Notes: a model not told the origin generated them from the letters alone. DNA of 32,971 nt from Myxococcales bacterium (GCA_037441385.1 JBBISH010000074.1:1-32971), one strand, 5' to 3'; numbered from the stretch's first letter, positions 8,674 through 21,291 are shown. Numbers and translations: made by a program.

Positions 8674-9619
8674 AGAACCCGTCGTTGCCGGCCTTTTGGT
8701 ACAGCGGCAGCAGGATCCAGCCGTCTTGCGGGGCGACGATGTCGCCGGTCCGGTCGCGGGCCAGCACCTCGCCGCGGCAAATGCGCTGCAAGTTCTTGTA
8801 ACCAGGCAGCATTGCAAATCCGTCCTCGGGGTGGACGCCGTGGCGATAGCGCACCGTCACATGGTGCGGCTGTCCTTGGGCCTCGCGCTCCAGGATTTGG
8901 CGTTTCTGAGCTAGCTCAGGTACTTGCGCCTCTGTCACCACACCGGTCGCCAGCAGCATCATCCACGCACAGGCTTCCAGCAGATCCACTGCGTGCGGAT
9001 CTTGGTGTTGCCCGCCCTCTACCGCCACGGCCCGGTAGCCTTGCGACAGGAAGTGCTCCAAGGTCGTGCCCGGAATGGCTTTTTCCAGCCCAGTGATCCC
9101 CGGCAGGACCAGTTGCTGAGCCAGCCAGGTGCTGTCTGGTGTATCGCAGGCGACGATGAACGGCACACCCTTGGCTGACATCGTGTGCAGATCCAACAGG
9201 TTGACCGTGCCCAGGTGGTGGCGGGTCAGCTGCTCAAAGTCTTGCAGCAGCTCCAACTGCTCGATGTCTTCGGTATACCCGCGCGGACCCTCGCGATTGA
9301 GGCGGTCCACGCTGGCCCGGTCCCAGTGGCGGTTCAGATCGCGGTCGACGTAGCGCAGGCCCACGCCCAGCGCCGTCAAGTTGCCCGCCATCGCCACAAA
9401 ACGGCCCACCGTTGCGACGTTGTTGTCTTTCAGATACGCCAAGATCCGGCGCAGGGCCAACACGCCAGCCGGCTCGTTGCCGTGCATGCCGGCGCTGATG
9501 ATGGTGAGCGGGCCGGCCACGCCGGGCGACCATTCGCCCAAGATATGGCTGGGTCCCACCTCTACGCCGGGGCGGGCCATGGTGTTGGTCTGGGGCGAGA
9601 ACGGGCGGTGGGCGGACAT
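8660..9619 (-). CDS. Succinylglutamate desuccinylase/aspartoacylase (AstE/AspA, M14-like) zinc hydrolase
   Basis: AAGGAG RBS before ATG 9619; motifs GMHGNEPAG, DRDLNR, LDLHT, VEGGQH. Confidence 0.88.
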   Translation of the reverse strand: MSAHRPFSPQTNTMARPGVEVGPSHILGEWSPGVAGPLTIISAGMHGNEPAGVLALRRILAYLKDNNVATVGRFVAMAGNLTALGVGLRYVDRDLNRHWDRASVDRLNREGPRGYTEDIEQLELLQDFEQLTRHHLGTVNLLDLHTMSAKGVPFIVACDTPDSTWLAQQLVLPGITGLEKAIPGTTLEHFLSQGYRAVAVEGGQHQDPHAVDLLEACAWMMLLATGVVTEAQVPELAQKRQILEREAQGQPHHVTVRYRHGVHPEDGFAMLPGYKNLQRICRGEVLARDRTGDIVAPQDGWILLPLYQKAGNDGFFIGA

Positions 9620-9805
9620 CGAGGGCTCCTTGGCGCAAGGCCAGCAACCGTTGAAAATACCGCGCCGGCGCCGCGGCGGCAAGTAACTTGTGTAAGATCT
9701 GGAGGATAAACAGATTTGCTGGAGTGTCCGCGGTCGGCTTGCGTCGCCGGCCTGCGCCGTTCTAGCCTTGGCAGCTGGGGCTGCGTGGCCTGCTGGGAGA
9801 TCGCT

Positions 9806-11026
9806 GTGGACGTCCTGTTCTTGTCGCCGGGTTATCCGGGTGAAATGCCTGAGTTCGTGCGCGGTTTGGCCACGGTCGGCGCGCGGGTATGGGGCGTGGG
9901 GGATCAGACCCCTGGGGCACTGCCGCTGACGGCGCGCCGTCACCTGGCTGGCTACCTGCAAGTACCTAATATGTTTGACGAAGTGGATGTCGTTGAGCGC
10001 GTGCGCCGCTGGGTCGGCCGACGCCAGGTCGATCGCGTGGAAGTCCTGGGCGAGTTCTGGATGCTGCTGGGCGCGCGCCTTCGCCAGGCCTTGGGCGTGC
10101 CGGGCATGACCGTGGAGCAGACTCTGCCGTTCCGCGACAAAGAAGTCATGAAGCAGCGCCTGGACGCAGCCGGGATCCGCACCCCGCGCCACACCCGCGC
10201 CAGTTCAGAGGCCGAGATCCGCGCCGCAGTCGAGAAGATCGGCTACCCGCTGATCATCAAGCCGATCGCCGGGGCCGGCAGCGCCAATACCCATCGCGTC
10301 GAGTCGCCGGCCCGCTTGGAGAAGGTGCTGCCGCAGTTGCGCGGTGTGGCCGAGGTCAGCGTCGAAGAATTCATCGATGGCGAAGAATTCACATTTGATA
10401 CGCTGACGTGCAACGGCGAGATCCAGTACTACAACATCGCGTGGTACCGCCCGCGGCCGCTGGTCGCGCGCACCAACGAGTGGATCAGCCCACAGGTCAT
10501 CGCCCTGCGCCACCCCGACCAAGCCGCCCTGCGCCCTGGGGTGGAGATGGGCCACAAGGTCATCGAGGCCTTGGGGTTCCAAAACGGCTTTACCCACATG
10601 GAGTGGTACCTCAAGTCGGACGGCGAGGCCGTGTTTGGCGAGATTGGCGGCCGCCCACCCGGCGCGCGCCAGGTCGACCAGATGAACTACGCCTGCGATT
10701 TCGATAGCTTTGTCGAGTGGGCGCGCATCGTCTGCTGGGGCACCATGGATACGCGCCTAGAGCGGAACTACAACGTGGCCACGGTGTTCAAGCGCGCCAT
10801 GGGCGAGGGCCGCATCGTCCGCATCGACGGGCTAGAGCGTTTGCGCCGCGAATTCGGCCCGTACCTGGTCTGGGAGAACCTGCTCCCGGTCGGCGCGATG
10901 CGCCGCAATTGGCTGCAGACACTCATTTCGGACGGGTTCTTGGTTGTGCGCCACCCCGAGCTGTCCGTCACGCTCGAGATGGCGGACCGCATCGGCACCG
11001 AGCTGCGGATGTTCGCCCAGTCGTGA
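9806..11026 (+). CDS. ATP-grasp domain protein (putative carboxylate-amine ligase)
   Basis: GGGAG before GTG 9806; motifs FRDKEVMK, GYPLIIKPIAGAGS, EEFIDGEE, THMEW, FGEIGGRPPG. Confidence 0.88.
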   Translation: MDVLFLSPGYPGEMPEFVRGLATVGARVWGVGDQTPGALPLTARRHLAGYLQVPNMFDEVDVVERVRRWVGRRQVDRVEVLGEFWMLLGARLRQALGVPGMTVEQTLPFRDKEVMKQRLDAAGIRTPRHTRASSEAEIRAAVEKIGYPLIIKPIAGAGSANTHRVESPARLEKVLPQLRGVAEVSVEEFIDGEEFTFDTLTCNGEIQYYNIAWYRPRPLVARTNEWISPQVIALRHPDQAALRPGVEMGHKVIEALGFQNGFTHMEWYLKSDGEAVFGEIGGRPPGARQVDQMNYACDFDSFVEWARIVCWGTMDTRLERNYNVATVFKRAMGEGRIVRIDGLERLRREFGPYLVWENLLPVGAMRRNWLQTLISDGFLVVRHPELSVTLEMADRIGTELRMFAQS

Positions 11027-11550
11027 ACGTGCGCGCCGCCGCCTGGACCCTTGGCCTCGCCGTCCTGGCCGGCTGTGGCGATGGCGTGTTCGACCTGCAA
11101 GAGGACTCCGCCGACGCTGCGGTGGCCGCCGACACGGCGGACGCTGCGCAAGACGCGGAACAGTCAGCAGATCTTGCCCCGCAGGGCTGGGTCCCGTCCA
11201 ACGTATCCGAGCTGTACGGGGCGTGGGAAAACGACGACGGTGGCACCGTGCGCCGCTACGAATTCCGCTTCTTGGACCACGACTACGCTGACATGACCGC
11301 CACGACGCCCGCGTACCGTTTGTACAAAGGCCCCGCCGGTGCTCTGGAGCAGCTGGAGCGCGGCGCGCTGGCCCTGCAGTACGGTCCGGTCCTGCAAACC
11401 ACACCGGTGTGGGCGCTGGATCAGACCAGCATCGGGCAAGTGCGCAAAGTGTCGTTCGTTCCGGCCGCGGCGGCGAACACGATGGCCCTGGAAGTGGTGC
11501 CGGGCGTGGCGCGGGTCTTCACCAAGGTTGCTACATACAAATGGCCGTAA
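11023..11550 (+). CDS. Hypothetical lipoprotein with acidic linker
   Basis: GTGA overlap with the ATP-grasp stop; LAVLAG-C lipobox; D/A-rich linker, then a beta-rich domain beginning LYGAWEND. Confidence 0.75.
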   Translation: MNVRAAAWTLGLAVLAGCGDGVFDLQEDSADAAVAADTADAAQDAEQSADLAPQGWVPSNVSELYGAWENDDGGTVRRYEFRFLDHDYADMTATTPAYRLYKGPAGALEQLERGALALQYGPVLQTTPVWALDQTSIGQVRKVSFVPAAAANTMALEVVPGVARVFTKVATYKWP

Positions 11551-11553
11551 AAG

Positions 11554-11697
11554 CTAGTCTTTTGTAGCGGCCGTAGCGTCGCCAGCGTGAGCGTCTTCGT
11601 AGGCGGCTTGATAGCGGTCACGCGTGTCGGCCGAGCTATGCCAGCAGCCGCTCAGCAACGCGGCCAACGCCAAAGTTATCCACAGCTTGCAGCTCAT
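11554..11697 (-). CDS. Small (47 aa) putative lipoprotein
   Basis: ATGA overlap with the upstream gene; MSCKLWITLALAALLSG-C lipobox. Confidence 0.65.
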   Translation of the reverse strand: MSCKLWITLALAALLSGCWHSSADTRDRYQAAYEDAHAGDATAATKD

Positions 11698-12128
11698 GGC
11701 GCCCCCCAGCGCACCGCGACGCCCACCGAGTCCTTGGTGAAGTAGGGCATCCAGCGCGGCTCGAAGTAGGCGGCCGCAAGCGTCGCCACCGCAAAACCGC
11801 CCAGCCAAGCCGAGGCGTTCGAGATGTCGTTGATGCGCTTTTGTTGGCGATAGGCGGACTTGCCGTCGATCTGGCCGTAGGCGTTGCGCAGGTCGCGGTC
11901 GGCCGCCGCGGCAAAGAGCAGGGCGGTCACCGACGCCACACCCAGGCCCGCGCCAAGAGCATAGCCGGCCGAGCGTACGCTGAGGCCCGCGGGCGGCACC
12001 TCGCGGACCGTACGATCGTAAACGGGAGCCGCCTCTTCGGCCTGCACTGCCTGGGGCCAGTTCGCCCCGGAAGCCAACAGCCCAGTCAGGACGACGGCCA
12101 GCGCCAGTTTGCCAAGGACCCGCGCCAT
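11694..12128 (-). CDS. Hypothetical exported/membrane protein with helical hairpin and C-terminal beta-hairpin
   Basis: Starts 6 nt after the thiC stop; signal peptide (VQA-EE), two hydrophobic helices, ends WMPYFTKDSVGVAVRWGAP. Confidence 0.7.
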   Translation of the reverse strand: MARVLGKLALAVVLTGLLASGANWPQAVQAEEAAPVYDRTVREVPPAGLSVRSAGYALGAGLGVASVTALLFAAAADRDLRNAYGQIDGKSAYRQQKRINDISNASAWLGGFAVATLAAAYFEPRWMPYFTKDSVGVAVRWGAP

Positions 12129-12134
12129 GTTTCG

Positions 12135-15888
<3,754 letters not shown>

Positions 15889-15892
<4 letters not shown>

Positions 15893-16848
15893 TGCCGCAG
15901 CCGCCAACCCCGCCACCACCCGACGCGGTGATCCTGGAATTCCAGCGTGTGACCCGCCAATTCGGCGCTCGCCTGGCCCTGCTCGATGTCAGCTTGCAGC
16001 TGCAGCCGGGCGTGGTCGGTCTGCTCGGCCCCAACGGCGCGGGCAAGACCACCTTCTTGAACCTGGCGGCGGGCCTAACTAGCCCGACCAGCGGCGAAAT
16101 CACTTGGCTAGACGGCCTGCCGCGCCGCCACCCGCAGCTGGACAACCGCATCGCGCTGTGCGCCGACGGCGACCAATTGCCGCGCCGCGAGACCGCCTTG
16201 CAGTGGGTAGCCGGGCTGCTGCGCCTGGCCGGTTGCACCGCGCTGATTGCCGAGCAGCGGGCCAAGCAAGTCTTGGATCGGGTTGGACTTTCGGCGCAGC
16301 AGGACCAGCTGCTTTCCAAGCTGTCGCGCGGCCAGCGGCAGCGAGTCAAGCTGGCCCAGGCCTTTGCCTTGCCGGCGGCGCTGGTGCTGCTCGACGAGCC
16401 CTTGAACGCCCTGGATCCGGTGTGGCGGCGCCAGGTTGCGGCCCTCATTCAAGAGGCCGCCGACGCGGGTGCCTGCGTCATCGTCTCGTCGCACATCCTT
16501 GAGGAAGTGGAGCAGCTTGCGCACTTCTTGGTCTTGCTGTTCAAGGGCCGGTTGGTGGCGGCGGGCCGGCAGCAAGACATCCGCGACATGCTGCACAACC
16601 AGGCGACTGTGCTGGAGATTACTTGCACGGACCCGCGGGCGCTGGCGCGCGAACTGCTGGCGCGGGCCCCGGTGACGTTGGTGCGCATTGCTGGCGAGAC
16701 CCTGACCATCCAGGCCGCCGACGCCGACAGCCTGTGCCGGGCCCTGCCTCCCGCGGTGGTGGCCAGTGGCCTTGTCCCGGCGCAAGTCACCACGCACGGC
16801 GACGACTTGGTCAGTCTCTTTCAGGCCTTGGCCGCGGAGGTCCGATGA
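15889..16848 (+). CDS. ABC transporter ATP-binding protein
   Basis: GGGAGG RBS, start GTG 15889 or ATG 15892; GPNGAGKT, LSRGQRQR, VLLDEP, SSH. Confidence 0.92.
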
Positions 16849-17648
16849 ACGGTTCCCCGAGCAGCGGTCCGCCCTGGAGCTACAGCGATGCGGTCTGGCC
16901 GGCGCCCTTGTCGAATTTGGCGGCCAGTTTTGCGCACTTTGGGCTGCACCTTCGCAACCTGGTCAACCCGCGGCGCTCGTGGCCGTATTACCTGCTCGCG
17001 CTGCTGCCGGTGGTCGGTTCCGCGGGCCTGGCGCGGCTGGCGATCGACGACGCCTCGCGCATCGGCACCTTCTTTCAGGAATTTGCCATGCGCGCCCTGG
17101 CGTTGTGTGCCCTGGGCCTGGGCGTGGGCGTGTTTCGCGAAGACGCCGACTCGGGCGCGCTGCCCATGCTGCTGTTGCGACCGCGGGCGGTGGTGGCCTT
17201 GCCGGTCGGCCGCTGGCTTGCCGTCAGCGTCTTTGTCACCGTGCTTGGCGGCCTCATGGTCGTTGGCATCGACGCCAGCCTGTTCGGTACGCTGTTTTCG
17301 GTGAGTTCCGCCTACTTCGTACGGCAGGTCCTCGCCGTGGTCTTTGGTGCGATGGCCTACGCCGGCGTCTTCATGGCCATCGGCGCGTGGTTCAAGTCGG
17401 GCACCGGCTTTGGCCTGGCGTTCCTGCTCATCGTGGACCTGATCTTGGCCACCCAAGTCGAGAGCCTGGCTCGCCTGGCGCCCGCGCACTACCTGGCCGC
17501 GCTGGTGCAGACCTTGCCGGGCAAAGAGCTGGCTGCGGCCCAGACCGCCGACCAAATCCCCGGCGCGCTCGTGGGCCTGATCGGCTTGGCGGTCCTGGGC
17601 TGCGTGGCCTCTGTGCTGCGCCTGCGCATGGATCCGCCTGGGGCTTGA
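16845..17648 (+). CDS. ABC-2 type permease
   Basis: ATGA overlap; about 6 TM helices; FREDADSGALPMLLLRP motif. Confidence 0.85.
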   Translation: MNGSPSSGPPWSYSDAVWPAPLSNLAASFAHFGLHLRNLVNPRRSWPYYLLALLPVVGSAGLARLAIDDASRIGTFFQEFAMRALALCALGLGVGVFREDADSGALPMLLLRPRAVVALPVGRWLAVSVFVTVLGGLMVVGIDASLFGTLFSVSSAYFVRQVLAVVFGAMAYAGVFMAIGAWFKSGTGFGLAFLLIVDLILATQVESLARLAPAHYLAALVQTLPGKELAAAQTADQIPGALVGLIGLAVLGCVASVLRLRMDPPGA

Positions 17649-17673
17649 CCGAACGGCGCGCGCCCGGCAAGGT
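17645..17673 (+). promoter_or_regulatory. Putative promoter of tRNA-Sec
   Basis: TTGACC-N17-CAAGGT, ending 7 nt before the tRNA 5' end. Confidence 0.45.
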
Positions 17674-17680
17674 GTGAAGC

Positions 17681-17777
17681 GGAGGCGCTTGGGTCCTGGT
17701 GGGCTCCCCGGTCTTCAAAACCGGTGTTGGGCGCGACGAGTGTCCAAGGGGAGTTCGATTCTCCTGCGCTTCCGCCA
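17681..17777 (+). tRNA. selC: tRNA-Sec (anticodon UCA)
   Basis: 8-bp acceptor stem GGAGGCGC/GCGCTTCC, 6-bp D stem with TGGT loop, anticodon arm CCGGT-CTTCAAA-ACCGG (TCA at 17715-17717), long variable arm, T loop TTCGATT, discriminator G plus encoded CCA; 97 nt. Confidence 0.97.
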
Positions 17778-17802
17778 ATCCTTCTGCTCCGTGAACCTCT
17801 AA

Positions 17803-17826
17803 GTAACCGCGACCGTAAGGTAGCGG
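17803..17826. repeat. REP-like imperfect palindrome
   Basis: GTAA-CCGC-G-ACC-GTAA-GGT-A-GCGG: hairpin with an internal G.A mismatch and GTAA tetraloop; single copy seen in the window. Confidence 0.4.
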
Positions 17827-17960
17827 ATACCCTCAGTAATTCACCGATCACGGCTCCGCCAGGACCCCGACCCCGCGCACCTGCGGTAGTACCGTTCGCC
17901 GACCCGAATGTATACAATCCACAAGCCGCCCGGACCCGCCCCCGCGCCGATGGAGTTGCT

Positions 17961-18386
17961 GTGTCGCAAGCCGCCCCCGAATCGTTTTCCAAGCGCCAAA
18001 TCCGCGTCGTCGCGGCCGAAATCGTCGACGAGGCCGGCAACTACTTGATTACTCAGCGTCTTCCCCATGCCGCGATGCCGCTGTTGTGGGAGTTCCCCGG
18101 CGGCAAGGTCGAGCCCGGCGAATCGGACGAGCAGGCGCTGATCCGCGAGATCCGCGAAGAGCTGGAAGTCGAAATCGAAGTCCTGGGCAAGACCCTGGCC
18201 ACGGTGCGCGACTACGACACCTACATCATCGACTTCCATAGCTTTTCTGCGCGCGTCGTCAGCGGAACGCTGCGGCGGGTCGGGGTCTGGGATTTCCGCT
18301 GGGTCAAGCCGGCTGACTTGAACGACTATCGCTTCCCGCCGGCCGACCAAGAGACCATCGACCGCCTTCTGGGTCTGGACGGCTGA
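17961..18386 (+). CDS. Nudix hydrolase, MutT/NudG-like (d)NTP pyrophosphohydrolase
   Basis: GGAG before GTG 17961; Nudix box WEFPGGKVEPGESDEQALIREIREEL; C-terminal FPPAD. Confidence 0.92.
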   Translation: MSQAAPESFSKRQIRVVAAEIVDEAGNYLITQRLPHAAMPLLWEFPGGKVEPGESDEQALIREIREELEVEIEVLGKTLATVRDYDTYIIDFHSFSARVVSGTLRRVGVWDFRWVKPADLNDYRFPPADQETIDRLLGLDG

Positions 18387-18394
18387 CCTGAGCG

Positions 18395-19180
18395 CTAGGG
18401 CAAGCGCACGCAGACGCCATTCGGATTGGTCGACAGCGCTTGCGTCGAGGACTTGGCGCACGTCGGTAGGTCCGGGTTCCAGGCCTTGCAGTCGGCGTCG
18501 CTCTTGCAGTTGTGGCCGCACATCTTGAACAGGCCAGGCTTGCTCGTGTCGCGCATGGTGTTGCCCACGGTGGCGGTGCGCTCCATGGTGCAGTAGTAGG
18601 CGTCGGTCCCGCCGGGGTTGGCGTCTTCGGTGGAGCAACTGGTATAGGTGTTGGTCCCTTGGAACCCGCAGTTCTTGCTGCAGATGCCAATGCTCTTGTC
18701 GTAGGCGGCCAGCGGCAGGCCAAACAGGCAGATGCCGTACAGGCACTCGTCGTCGGTCGCGCACGCTTGGCCGTGGAGCTTGCCGCCCGGGTGGTCCGGG
18801 TTGGGCGGGCAATTGAACCACTTGGCCTCGCCGGTCATGCCGGGCTTGCACGCGGTGCTGCCACCGGTATCGGTGCCGCCGCCGCCCGTGTCGATCTTGC
18901 CCGTATCGCCGCTGCCACCGCCGGTGTCGCTGCCACTGCCGCTATCGCTCAAGGTGCCCGTGTCGCCGCCCATGTTGCCGATGTCCGTGTCGGGCACGCA
19001 CACGGGCTTACCCGTATTCGGGTCAAACTTCTTGACGGTGCCCGTGCCACACGTGGCGGTCGCGTCGGCGGTTGCTTCGGTGTTGTCGGCGCAGCCCGAC
19101 GCGCCCAGCACGACCAGGGCGCCACTGAGAACCAGCGAACCAAACGCAAAACGAGAAGGCTGCAGCGAGGAGATCGGCAT
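18395..19180 (-). CDS. Cysteine-rich lipoprotein with G/D/T/S-rich linker
   Basis: GGAG before ATG 19180; LGASG-C lipobox; DTGGG-rich linker; Cys-rich C-terminal half (CATDDECLYGIC, CSKNC, CKSDADC). Confidence 0.8.
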   Translation of the reverse strand: MPISSLQPSRFAFGSLVLSGALVVLGASGCADNTEATADATATCGTGTVKKFDPNTGKPVCVPDTDIGNMGGDTGTLSDSGSGSDTGGGSGDTGKIDTGGGGTDTGGSTACKPGMTGEAKWFNCPPNPDHPGGKLHGQACATDDECLYGICLFGLPLAAYDKSIGICSKNCGFQGTNTYTSCSTEDANPGGTDAYYCTMERTATVGNTMRDTSKPGLFKMCGHNCKSDADCKAWNPDLPTCAKSSTQALSTNPNGVCVRLP

Positions 19181-19300
19181 CGTGACGCTCCAGCGGTCGC
19201 CGCGTGCAACCGCAAAATAGGCCCACTGCCACAGTCTGGCTGGTCGGCGCGGCCCCGTCAAACCGCCGCATCGCGTTGGGGTCCCGCCGCCCACCGCCAA

Positions 19301-19329
19301 TTGACCTCTGCCCCAAAGCCTGCTACACC
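19301..19329 (+). promoter_or_regulatory. Putative promoter of the atp operon
   Basis: TTGACC-N17-TACACC with an extended -10 TG at 19321-19322. Confidence 0.5.
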
Positions 19330-19475
19330 GTCGCGCCGCCGGGCTGGGAACCCCGGCTCGTGCCGAACGAACCGATCACGCGATCGTCAAGTAACGGCCG
19401 GAACTTCAAGGCAAACATCGCAGACCGCGTCTACCCGGCGCCCGTCTTCGCGCCCCGCCTGCCCAGGAAGCCCCA

Positions 19476-19991
19476 ATGCTCCACCTGATCGCAACGCTGC
19501 CCGCGACCGTCACACAAGTCCATGACAGCCTGCCTGTTTTCCGCTTCACCGAGTTTGTGGCGCGCGCGGGCCTCATCGATCTCGACGTGACGATCATTAG
19601 CCAGGCGGCTTTCTTCTTCTTGCTGCTGCTCGTGCTGCCGGGGCTGGTTTTCAAGCCGTTCCTCGCCCGTTTCGACCAGCGCGAAGCCCGCACCGAAGGT
19701 GCTCGCAACGAAGCGAAACACCTGCGCAAGCAGGCCGATGACGAAGTGGCACGCTACGAAGTCGCCGCCGCCGAGCGCCGCAAGGCCGCCATGCACGAGC
19801 GGGCCGAGACCCGCGACCACGCCCGCAAAGAGGCCGATCAGTTGGTCAGCACGGCGCGCGGCGAGTCGATCAGCCGCCTCGACAAGGTGTTCGCGGATCA
19901 GCGCGCCGCTGCCCAGACCGCGCGCCAGTCCCTGCAGGGCGAGGCGCAACAGATTGCCGCGTCGATCGCCGACAAGTTGGCCCAAGGTTAG
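19476..19991 (+). CDS. atpF': ATP synthase F0 subunit b'
   Basis: IDLDVT followed by a TM helix, LVFKPFLARFDQRE, coiled coil; first gene of the atp cluster. Confidence 0.88.
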   Translation: MLHLIATLPATVTQVHDSLPVFRFTEFVARAGLIDLDVTIISQAAFFFLLLLVLPGLVFKPFLARFDQREARTEGARNEAKHLRKQADDEVARYEVAAAERRKAAMHERAETRDHARKEADQLVSTARGESISRLDKVFADQRAAAQTARQSLQGEAQQIAASIADKLAQG

Positions 19992-20002
19992 GAGAACTTT
20001 CT

Positions 20003-20602
20003 ATGCGATTGCCCAGCCTCCCAACCTTCCTCGCTACCGCGATCGGCCTGAACCTGCTCGCGCTGCAAGCCTTTGCCGAAGGCGGTGCCTGCAACGCCGA
20101 AGAGGGCTGCTTCGAGTTCCAGATCCACGGCTACTACATCATCAATTTCGTGGTGTTCGTGGGCCTGCTGGTCTACTTTGGCAAGAAGTCCATCGCCCAG
20201 GCGCTCGAGAAGCGCTACCAGGACGTGGCGCGCGAGATCGAGCAGGCGCAGGCCGCCAAAGCCGCCGCACAGGCCAAGCTCGCCGAATACCAAGAGCGCA
20301 TGGGCCAGCTCGAAGACGAAAACCAGCGCATGCTCGCCGAAGTGCGCGCCGGTACCCAGGTCGAGGTCGAGCAGATCCTGGCCGACGCCCGAGCCCAGGT
20401 GGCACGCGTCGCCGCCGAGGAAGAGCAGCGTATCCTGCAAGAAAGCAAGCGAGTTCGCGACGCCCTGCACCGCGAGACCGCCGCCCTGGCGCTGCGCTTG
20501 GCCGAAGAGCTGGTGCAGAAGCGCATCGACGGCGCCGCCCAGCAGAAGCTGATCGACAAGGCCATGAACGACTTGGCGCAACTCCCCGGGGCGGCCAGCT
20601 AG
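20003..20602 (+). CDS. atpF: ATP synthase F0 subunit b
   Basis: AGGAG RBS; IINFVVFVGLLVYFGKK TM helix, coiled coil, C-terminal QQKLID. Confidence 0.9.
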   Translation: MRLPSLPTFLATAIGLNLLALQAFAEGGACNAEEGCFEFQIHGYYIINFVVFVGLLVYFGKKSIAQALEKRYQDVAREIEQAQAAKAAAQAKLAEYQERMGQLEDENQRMLAEVRAGTQVEVEQILADARAQVARVAAEEEQRILQESKRVRDALHRETAALALRLAEELVQKRIDGAAQQKLIDKAMNDLAQLPGAAS

Positions 20603-20630
20603 GCGAGCCTGCTCGGCCAGCGAGGAAACG

Positions 20631-21179
20631 ATGAAGCAAGGTTCGGTAAAAGTTGCCCGCCGTTACGCCAAAGCGCTGGTTTCGCTCTGCGACGAGCGCG
20701 GCGATGGCGAAGTCGTGCGCGGCCACATGCAGGCCATGGCGGTGGCGCTGGCCGAAGTCGGCGAAGCGCGGGCCATCCTGACCAATCCCAGCGTGGCCCT
20801 AGAGCAGCGTCGGGCGGTGCTGGCCGCGGTGGTCAACGCGTGCGGCGTCAGCGGCACGGCCAAAGACATGGTCAACCTGTTGCTCGACAAGAGCCGCATC
20901 AGTTCGCTCGCTGACATCAGCAAGGAATTCACGGCACTGCAAGATGCCCGCAGCGGCCGGACCCAGGCGCTGGTCACCTCGGCGGTGGCGCTGGGCGACG
21001 GGGCCAAGCAGCGCCTGCAAGACCTGCTGGGCCGCCTGCTGGGCAAGCGAGTGGCGCTGGACGCCCAGGTCGACCCCAGCCTGCTCGGCGGCTTGGTCGT
21101 CCGCGTAGGCAACACCGTGTACGACGCCTCGGTGGCCAACCACCTGGCGCGGCTGCGTCAAACCCTGCTGGCCGACTAG
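20631..21179 (+). CDS. atpH: ATP synthase F1 subunit delta
   Basis: [37 protein letters not shown]. Confidence 0.95.
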   Translation: MKQGSVKVARRYAKALVSLCDERGDGEVVRGHMQAMAVALAEVGEARAILTNPSVALEQRRAVLAAVVNACGVSGTAKDMVNLLLDKSRISSLADISKEFTALQDARSGRTQALVTSAVALGDGAKQRLQDLLGRLLGKRVALDAQVDPSLLGGLVVRVGNTVYDASVANHLARLRQTLLAD

Positions 21180-21231
21180 GCCGCAACCCCGCATCGACTT
21201 AGACAAAGACTGGGCAGCCAGTCCGCAAGCA

Positions 21232-21283
21232 CTCAGAAGACCGAATCAGCAGACCGACTCAGACGAACGTATCAGAAGGGAGA
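21232..21283 (+). repeat. Four imperfect 13-nt tandem repeats in the atpH-atpA spacer
   Basis: CTCAGAAGACCGA/ATCAGCAGACCGA/CTCAGACGAACGT/ATCAGAAGGGAGA. Confidence 0.6.
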
Positions 21284-21291
21284 AGCTCGAC

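Noticed and set aside
17778..19300. Genomic island integrated at selC
   Set aside because: No integrase, no duplicated tRNA 3' end noticed, and flanking genes look like ordinary chromosomal genes.
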